From a virus (taxonomy: Duplodnaviria; Caudoviricetes): a stretch of DNA of 30,213 nucleotides. A model generated the notes under the pieces. That model was not told where the DNA came from. It did no database searches and saw only the letters and a list, made by a program, of their open reading frames with translations. Location: positions 1 to 30,213 of the IMG/VR virus record IMGVR_UViG_3300025635_000117, one strand, 5' to 3'. Below are positions 24,460 to 30,213 of the stretch, in pieces (within the stretch, counting starts at the first letter, position 1; each line of letters starts with the position of its first letter). Both the position numbers and the translations under genes were made by a program.

Positions 24460-25814
24460 TGAGAGACATCATCCGAGACATCAGCCTCAAGGCTCTTAAA
24501 CGCTTCGCCAATGGAGGCGATGGTCATGCCGATCTTCTCATGCAGATCGAAGACCTCCGCAAAACGCTGGAGATTCGCACCAAAGAGCATGAGGAGCATC
24601 TGACCGAGGTCCGCGAGGAGCGCGATCATTGGCTTTCACTGTACGACGAACTCAAATTCGCAGCCGAGTTTCTAATGAGCTACGCAAAAAATGATGTCCC
24701 CAAGCTGGCCGAACAGACCGATTGGGAGGTTGGCAAAATCGTTCTCCCGTCTGAAACCGGGACGTACTACTTCAATCCGGCCATCATGCAGGAAGCAGAT
24801 GGACGAATCATGCTTTTCGCCCGTCGCTGCCGGAACAAGCGCGAAAAGGACGAAGACGTTTACACCGAGAAAAACGACATTGTTGCCTTCGAGCTGAGTA
24901 AAGATTTACGAGCCACAAAAAAGTCGATCCTACAGCTCACCGCCGGTTATCCGAACGAGCAGTTCGAAGATCCGCGTGTTGTTAAGTTTGGCGACAAGTA
25001 CGGAATAAGCTGCTGCACGTTCGTTCCGTTCAAGAGCTACGCGCATCAGGCGGTGTTCCTGCTCGACAAGCAGTTTCTGAACGTGGGCCGATTCGATCCG
25101 GTCTATGGCAACAACTACGCGCAGGCCATGATCAACGATGGCCATGAGAAGAACTGGCTCTACTTCGTCCACGATAATGCGCCACATATGGTGTATTCGG
25201 CCAATCCCCATGTCGTTGTGCGCCTTAATGGGCGGCTAGAGAAGGAAGCCGAGTATGTCACCGAGGAGTTCAATCCGCTCTGGAAATTTGGCGAGGTTCG
25301 AGGCGGAACAAATCCGATTCTATGCGACGGACTGTACTGGACCTTCTTCCACAGCTCGCTTCCATGGATTAACCGCAAGCGCCGGTACTACATGGGTGCG
25401 TACGCTTTCGAAGCCAAAGCTCCGTTCCGCATCGTCCGCATGACGACGCTGCCGCTTCTCACCGGCACGAACCAGCAAGACTGGTGGCCCGGATTGCCAG
25501 CGGTCGTGTTCCCGTGCGGTGCTTTCTTCGACAGCGCGAAGAATCACTTCGTCATCTCGTACGGCATCAACGATGTGGACTGTGGCTACATGAAGCTGCC
25601 ACTGGCCGACTTGCTTGAGGTGACGAAGGTGATTCGACCGAAACGCGATGTCGTCAATAATGAGAACCCGCCGACCTTGGTGGACGTTCTCGACCCGATT
25701 CCCGAGCGGCATAAACTGAAACGAAACAAGAAGTCTAAATACAATGAACTGGCTAAGAGGCTTGACGAAAAACCCGAGCAATCAGACGAAGCAGGATCTG
25801 CTGAATCTGCCTGA
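24456..25814 (+). CDS. Five-bladed beta-propeller carbohydrate enzyme (GH130-like / GT91-like) with N-terminal coiled coil
   Basis: YFNPAI, FEDPRV, EKNW, VRGGT, VVFPCG and ISYGIND. Start re-called at ATG 24456. Confidence 0.8.
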   Translation: MMRDIIRDISLKALKRFANGGDGHADLLMQIEDLRKTLEIRTKEHEEHLTEVREERDHWLSLYDELKFAAEFLMSYAKNDVPKLAEQTDWEVGKIVLPSETGTYYFNPAIMQEADGRIMLFARRCRNKREKDEDVYTEKNDIVAFELSKDLRATKKSILQLTAGYPNEQFEDPRVVKFGDKYGISCCTFVPFKSYAHQAVFLLDKQFLNVGRFDPVYGNNYAQAMINDGHEKNWLYFVHDNAPHMVYSANPHVVVRLNGRLEKEAEYVTEEFNPLWKFGEVRGGTNPILCDGLYWTFFHSSLPWINRKRRYYMGAYAFEAKAPFRIVRMTTLPLLTGTNQQDWWPGLPAVVFPCGAFFDSAKNHFVISYGINDVDCGYMKLPLADLLEVTKVIRPKRDVVNNENPPTLVDVLDPIPERHKLKRNKKSKYNELAKRLDEKPEQSDEAGSAESA

Positions 25815-26076
25815 AGTAAACCTGAGCGAATGGCAGAACGAGGGTCAGCAGGCAGAACTTGCCGCGATAATGAAAAATCCGATCCTTCGAATGGCGATTC
25901 GCATTGTTTCGGAATCAATCCCTGTGCCGATGCCGTCTCATGGCAGCAAGGAATCGGACATCATTTTTGCTGCCGGTGTAACCGCTGGCTACGCGCATTG
26001 TCTTGAAAACCTTCGAAAATTGGCCGTAATTGAAACAGCGAAAGAACCTGAAGCGACTTTTGAGAAATCGTACTAA
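25744..26076 (+). CDS. Hypothetical head-module protein
   Basis: 110 aa helical ORF directly before the scaffold-like gene, a usual podovirus position. Confidence 0.65.
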   Translation: MNWLRGLTKNPSNQTKQDLLNLPEVNLSEWQNEGQQAELAAIMKNPILRMAIRIVSESIPVPMPSHGSKESDIIFAAGVTAGYAHCLENLRKLAVIETAKEPEATFEKSY

Positions 26077-26087
26077 ATCATAAAAAT

Positions 26088-27281
26088 ATGGAAGAACCCC
26101 TGAACTCACCTCTCGTAAACACCGGCAATACTCCCGACTTTGGCAGCTCGTTCATCGACGCCTTCAAAGCGAGCGGAGTTGAGGATGCCGCGTCGGCTGA
26201 TGAGGCTGCTAATTCTGCCTCTCAGGTTACCGAGGAGCCGAAGCAGCAGCAGAAGCAGAAGTCGGCCAAACCATCCGACGATACATCTCCCAAGCTCAGT
26301 AAAGCTGAGAAGGACATCGAGCGGATGTTCGGAAAGAAGGCGACTGCCACTGAACCTACAGCTCCCGCTCCAACCGACGACACCGACATCCCCGAGACGA
26401 TCAAGTCCACCAAAGCCGCTGATGCTTTCCGCAAGATCAAGGAAGAGAAGGCGCAGCTTGCCAAGCAACTCGAAGAACTGAAGGCTGGCAAGTCCACCAA
26501 TCCCGACTTTGAATCGCAGCTCAAGGCGTTGCAGGAGGAGCGTGATGCGCTTTCGGAGCGTGTTCGCTTGCTCGACATCGAGCGTCATCCCGAGTTCGTC
26601 AAGAAATACGAAGGCAAGATCAACGGCGTGTTCGATTCGGTGAAGAACCTTGTCGGAACCGATGGCGAACGCCTTGTTTCGCTCCTCAAATCGCCCGAAA
26701 GCGACTATCGCAACTCGCAGATCGACGACATCGTTGAAGGTCTTTCACCGTCCAAGAAAGCCAAGCTCGGCGCTCTCATCGTCAAGTACGACGAAATCAA
26801 CGGAGAACGCGCGTCCGAATTGTCCGAGGCGAAGGCCGATTACGATGCGGTCATCTCCAAGTATCAGCAGGACAACGAGGAGGGAACGAAAGCTGCACTG
26901 GAGTCGGCCACGAAGACCTGGCAGAAGGTTTCCAGCGATGCCCGTTCGCTCGAAATCTTCGAGCCGCGTGAGAATGACGAGGAATGGAACAGCGAACTCA
27001 ACCAGCGTCTCAGTCTCGCTCAGCAAATCTTCAACGGCGAGAACAGCGAAGAGGATCTGGCCAAGGCTGCTCTGTGGGCTGCTGCTGCTCCTAAATACCG
27101 CGAACTGCTCTATGCTCAGGTCGAGGTGAACAAGCGTCTCCAAGCTGAGCTATCAAAGTATCGCGGAAGCGAACCTGGAGTCAGCTCGCGCGCGACGACC
27201 GGCGGCTCACGACCGGCAAATACGAACGCTGCGAAGAGCGAAGACTTCGTTGCCAGCGTGATGAAATCGTTAGGACGCTGA
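26088..27281 (+). CDS. Probable capsid scaffolding protein
   Basis: Acidic, low-complexity N-terminus, long coiled coils and a short C-terminal helix (EDFVASVMKSLG); located in the head operon. Confidence 0.65.
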   Translation: MEEPLNSPLVNTGNTPDFGSSFIDAFKASGVEDAASADEAANSASQVTEEPKQQQKQKSAKPSDDTSPKLSKAEKDIERMFGKKATATEPTAPAPTDDTDIPETIKSTKAADAFRKIKEEKAQLAKQLEELKAGKSTNPDFESQLKALQEERDALSERVRLLDIERHPEFVKKYEGKINGVFDSVKNLVGTDGERLVSLLKSPESDYRNSQIDDIVEGLSPSKKAKLGALIVKYDEINGERASELSEAKADYDAVISKYQQDNEEGTKAALESATKTWQKVSSDARSLEIFEPRENDEEWNSELNQRLSLAQQIFNGENSEEDLAKAALWAAAAPKYRELLYAQVEVNKRLQAELSKYRGSEPGVSSRATTGGSRPANTNAAKSEDFVASVMKSLGR

Positions 27282-27301
27282 CACCACTCTCCGAAACAAT
27301 T

Positions 27302-27340
27302 ATCCCCCGATGGTTCTCATTACCACCGGGGGATTTTCGT
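27302..27340. terminator. Bidirectional intrinsic terminator
   Basis: ATCCCCCG-A-TGGT / ACCA-C-CGGGGGAT stem (27302-27334), followed by TTTCGTTT on + and preceded by an A/T-rich run. Lies between convergent operons. Confidence 0.8.
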
Positions 27341-27345
27341 TTGAA

Positions 27346-27492
27346 TCATTTACGATACGGACCGCTGCCACTAGGAACCGGCTGCGGCACCGGCTTAACC
27401 GGCGGTTTCGGAGGAGGCGACTGCTTGTAAGGTCCGCTACCGCCGGATTGGGAAACGGACGGCGAGCCTTTGTACGGCGCTCTGATGCTCAT
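27346..27492 (-). CDS. Pro/Gly/Ser/Lys/Tyr-rich 48 aa peptide
   Basis: Hand translation: MSIRAPYKGSPSVSQSGGSGPYKQSPPPKPPVKPVPQPVPSGSGPYRK*. Starts 2 nt after the upstream stop and ends at the terminator. Not in the ORF track. Confidence 0.65.
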   Translation of the reverse strand: MSIRAPYKGSPSVSQSGGSGPYKQSPPPKPPVKPVPQPVPSGSGPYRK

Positions 27493-27494
27493 AA

Positions 27495-27719
27495 TTATTC
27501 CTTCGGAAGCGCATACCAGCCTTCATGGATGATAATGCGGTTCTTACTACGCACCGTTTTGCCGCTGGCGTCAACGACCCAAACCTTGGCCTTAACGTCC
27601 TCAGCGAGGCGCACAGGCTCACCGTGGGGGACGTAAATCACCCGGCTCGCGCAGCTCACGCTCATGCTCGCGCACACGATCAAGAAGACCGCGCTTAAGA
27701 TCGGGTTGCTTCTTAGCAT
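27495..27719 (-). CDS. Putative lipoprotein (o-spanin-like)
   Basis: Hydrophobic signal (ILSAVFLIVCASMSVS) followed by Cys. Overlaps the 3' half of the upstream gene in another frame. Confidence 0.5.
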   Translation of the reverse strand: MLRSNPILSAVFLIVCASMSVSCASRVIYVPHGEPVRLAEDVKAKVWVVDASGKTVRSKNRIIIHEGWYALPKE

Positions 27720-27798
27720 CTTCGCTCGTCGTATCCTGCTTCGTCAGCGAATGAAGCCAGATGACCAGCTTCATCACAAAGTCGGCCATGAAGTTCAT
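27619..27798 (-). CDS. Small N-anchored protein (i-spanin-like position)
   Basis: ATG 27798 (ATGA overlap). MNFMADFVMKLVIWLHSL followed by a charged tail. Confidence 0.45.
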   Translation of the reverse strand: MNFMADFVMKLVIWLHSLTKQDTTSEDAKKQPDLKRGLLDRVREHERELREPGDLRPPR

Positions 27799-27986
27799 TC
27801 CGACTTCTCGGGAGCGGACGCGCCAGCCTTTCGCTTCTCGGCAATCGACCAACCGACAGCCGTAATCGACAGGATAGCACCAATCAATTCCTCGGCAGAA
27901 CCGGAATCAACAAGTCCTTTGGAGACAAGGTAGCCAGCACCGAACGTGAGGAAGTGGCGGATGATGGGGAGAATGGCCGTTTTCAT
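27795..27986 (-). CDS. Putative holin (2 TM, Pam3-gp28-like)
   Basis: IIRHFLTFGAGYLVSKGLVD...LIGAILSITAVGWSIAEKRK: two TM helices and a basic C-terminus. Confidence 0.7.
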   Translation of the reverse strand: MKTAILPIIRHFLTFGAGYLVSKGLVDSGSAEELIGAILSITAVGWSIAEKRKAGASAPEKSE

Positions 27987-28180
27987 TTGTTTCGATTTTT
28001 GAATTTCTGGTACAGGTCAACCAGCTTGACGACGCATGTCAGAAACGCGGCAAAAGCGCCGAGCGCCAGGGATGCCGTCTTGAGATTCGGATCGGAGAAC
28101 ATGGCGTTCCCCATGATTCCGATGACCGGACCACCGACGCCGATTGAGATATCTCGAATGAAAGCGTGGTGGTCCGTCAT
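27983..28180 (-). CDS. Small 2-TM membrane protein (holin/antiholin-like)
   Basis: Two hydrophobic segments and a basic C-terminus (KFKNRNK). ATGA-coupled to the putative holin. Confidence 0.6.
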   Translation of the reverse strand: MTDHHAFIRDISIGVGGPVIGIMGNAMFSDPNLKTASLALGAFAAFLTCVVKLVDLYQKFKNRNK

Positions 28181-28189
28181 CGTGCTTGG

Positions 28190-28348
28190 TTAGTTAGCGT
28201 CCGCCTGTGACTGCTTGGCAGCTTCCAAAATAAGGTCGGCCAGAGGAACGCCGACTTTCGCATTCTGGAAGCCGCCAGCCTTGATGGCGATGTCGATGAG
28301 TTGCAGGAGGGTATTCGCTTGTTCGGTGGTGAGTTCGATTTTAATCAT
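28190..28348 (-). CDS. Small hypothetical protein, 52 aa
   Basis: Hand translation: MIKIELTTEQANTLLQLIDIAIKAGGFQNAKVGVPLADLILEAAKQSQADAN*. ATGA overlap with the upstream gene. Not in the ORF track. Confidence 0.75.
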   Translation of the reverse strand: MIKIELTTEQANTLLQLIDIAIKAGGFQNAKVGVPLADLILEAAKQSQADAN

Positions 28349-28734
28349 GCCGCCGGAGCATCGATGATCGGAGCGGGAGGCGCAATAATTTCCGGCTCAG
28401 GAGCGGGAGGAACCGGCGCCGCCCACGGCAGCGGAGGAGCAATTACCGGAGGGTTGATCTGATCGTTGATCTGAGCGGAGACGTTCGCCTCAATCGCGCT
28501 CTGATCGACGCCATTGCTGAAGCACCAGCCAAGCACCTGCTGCTCGGTCAGATCAGGATACGGCGTGAACGAACCACTCGGCGGAGCGAACGACGCGCTG
28601 CCGTAGCAGGTGCCGCTGTAGGTGCCATCGGTGCCGTTGCAACGCCAGTCGGCGGTGATGACGACATCGGTAAGCGAGCCTTCCGTGGGCTTAACGAGAA
28701 GGCGTTCGATGATCCAGTTGATGGAGATGTTCAT
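28345..28734 (-). CDS. Conserved tail-fibre-associated protein
   Basis: INWIIERL...DVVITADWRC...YGS...FTPYPDLTEQQVLGW...QINPP, a family typically found right after S74-bearing fibres. Start at ATG 28734. Confidence 0.75.
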   Translation of the reverse strand: MNISINWIIERLLVKPTEGSLTDVVITADWRCNGTDGTYSGTCYGSASFAPPSGSFTPYPDLTEQQVLGWCFSNGVDQSAIEANVSAQINDQINPPVIAPPLPWAAPVPPAPEPEIIAPPAPIIDAPAA

Positions 28735-28735
28735 G

Positions 28736-30213
28736 TTAGGCATTCTTCAGAGCGTTGACTTCAGCCGACAGTTCCTTGATGGCGGCAACCAAGATCGGAA
28801 CGACCTTCGACAGATCGACCTGCTGCGGTTCGATTTCACCATTTTTAGTTACGGCATCCTTTTCTCCGGTAACAGCAAAAGGAACAACTTCAGCAAGTTC
28901 GTGAGCCAAGAAACCTTCGCCAACCTTTCCGTTAGTTTTCCACTTGTAGATGGACGGCTTGAGCGCGTTCACACGAGCCAGACCACCAGTGAGAGGCTGA
29001 ACCGATTCCTTGAGTCGATAATCAGAGGAGTTATTGTATGCGGTGTTTGTTCCATCCTGACTGATAGAACCGACAGTGACACCGTTGGAACGGAAAAGAG
29101 CAATCGTTCCAGAGATTGCAGTCGTAGTGTTGTAGAAGAAACCGGGGTTTCCATCGGATTTGACAGCCGAATGAGTACCATCAGGTTGAACCTGAGAACC
29201 GGCAACGGTGGTACTGCTCGCCGTCTTCCCCACCAACAGATTTCCCGATGCGTCGAGCGTCATCGCTTGGGTGAAGGTGATGTTGTTTCCAGCGGTGCCG
29301 CTGGGGGCGATGAACCATTGGTGCTGACCCTCAAAGAGTCGATACTGCGCTGCCGGTTGGCTGATAGCATATTTCCAGACAACTCCAGAAGAATAAGTGG
29401 CGTAGCTATTGTTGGACAGCCACGAACTCGGGGAGCCTGTAAGCGCATTCTTTGCCGCAGTCAAACCCTGACCAACACGCGCAATTTCAAGTGCTTGGAA
29501 ATATGTCGAATCAGTCGCACTCGGCGTAACCCCCACGCCGACGTTGCCGGAGGTGTCGAGCAAGACGTATGAAGTCGCGCTTGTTCCAAGTCGGAGATTC
29601 TGGGCATCCGACAAAATCGACATCGGATTTCCGCTCGCGTAGATGACGTTCTGATTTGCTCCGATTCCCTGATATGAATACGACGAACCAGAGATGCTCA
29701 TCTGAATCAGACGAGTGCCATCGCTCACTCGCATACCATCCTGACCAGCACCGGGAGGAGTGACGCTTGCGAAAATCTTAGTCGCAGGACTTCCCCCCAC
29801 GCCCAACCCCGTAGAGTTGAGGGTCATGGCGGATGTGCTGTTAATCGAGAAACCAATTTCATTGGCTCCAGAACTGTAAGTGCCATTTCCAGCAGTTACA
29901 GCAAAAGCAGGTAGCGCAGCGTTTGAAGATGACGCTAAATATCGCAATGCAGTTACTCGACCGTTGACATCTAGTGTATCGCCGGGACTCGCCGTATTAA
30001 TACCCACCCGATTGTTCGCCGAATCCACCTTCAGAGTCGAGGTGTCCACCGTCAGATCGCCGGTGATGGTGGCGGAGCCAGGAACGACGATGTTATTGCC
30101 GCTCGGGCCGACAGCCGTGTACAGCTCGCTGAAGTTGCTGTTCGTGTACTGGAAAGCCGTACGCAGCGGCGTTCCCGTCCCGTCATTGGGGGACGTTCCG
30201 ACATTGATGGTTT
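28736..30213 (-). CDS. Tail fibre with C-terminal peptidase S74 intramolecular chaperone, 5' truncated
   Basis: Frame stays open to the window edge (TINVGTSPNDGTGTPLRTAFQYTNSNFSELY...). Repeated MTLD.SGN(V/L)(G/L)VG units; SSDYRLKE cleavage site; GFLAHELAEVVP; VPILVAAIKEL. Confidence 0.88.
   Translation of the reverse strand, partial: TINVGTSPNDGTGTPLRTAFQYTNSNFSELYTAVGPSGNNIVVPGSATITGDLTVDTSTLKVDSANNRVGINTASPGDTLDVNGRVTALRYLASSSNAALPAFAVTAGNGTYSSGANEIGFSINSTSAMTLNSTGLGVGGSPATKIFASVTPPGAGQDGMRVSDGTRLIQMSISGSSYSYQGIGANQNVIYASGNPMSILSDAQNLRLGTSATSYVLLDTSGNVGVGVTPSATDSTYFQALEIARVGQGLTAAKNALTGSPSSWLSNNSYATYSSGVVWKYAISQPAAQYRLFEGQHQWFIAPSGTAGNNITFTQAMTLDASGNLLVGKTASSTTVAGSQVQPDGTHSAVKSDGNPGFFYNTTTAISGTIALFRSNGVTVGSISQDGTNTAYNNSSDYRLKESVQPLTGGLARVNALKPSIYKWKTNGKVGEGFLAHELAEVVPFAVTGEKDAVTKNGEIEPQQVDLSKVVPILVAAIKELSAEVNALKNA

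Noticed and set aside
27310-27636. 108 aa + strand ORF after the scaffold, considered as a capsid remnant
   Set aside because: It begins inside the terminator, is Arg-rich shadow sequence, and overlaps tightly tiled minus-strand genes.
28622-29572. 316 aa + strand ORF opposite the tail fibre
   Set aside because: Antisense shadow of a well-supported minus-strand gene.

Overview
This window is a fragment of a tailed dsDNA bacteriophage with podovirus-like gene types. No host genes, integrase, tRNA, rRNA or CRISPR array were recognised. It has four alternating blocks. (1) 1-6091 (+): small translationally coupled ORFs, then a replication set of SF2 helicase, SSB, RuvC-like resolvase and primase-helicase. 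(2) 6081-17412 (-): virion block with a collagen/C1q-like fibre, tail nozzle, tail-tip protein, adaptor, a sulfotransferase-like gene, three probable ejection proteins and two small basic proteins. (3) 17467-27281 (+): large terminase, Cys-rich protein, portal, a five-gene glycan-modification cassette (two methyltransferases, two GT25 glycosyltransferases, one GH130/GT91-like beta-propeller), a small ORF and a scaffold-like protein, ending in a bidirectional terminator. (4) 27346-30213 (-): a tail fibre with an S74 chaperone, small holin/spanin-like membrane genes and an unannotated extensin-like peptide. The strongest candidate for an undescribed system is the glycan cassette inside the head-assembly operon, which with the tail-embedded sulfotransferase-like gene suggests virion glycosylation. 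All calls come from motifs and synteny read by eye; no database search was run.
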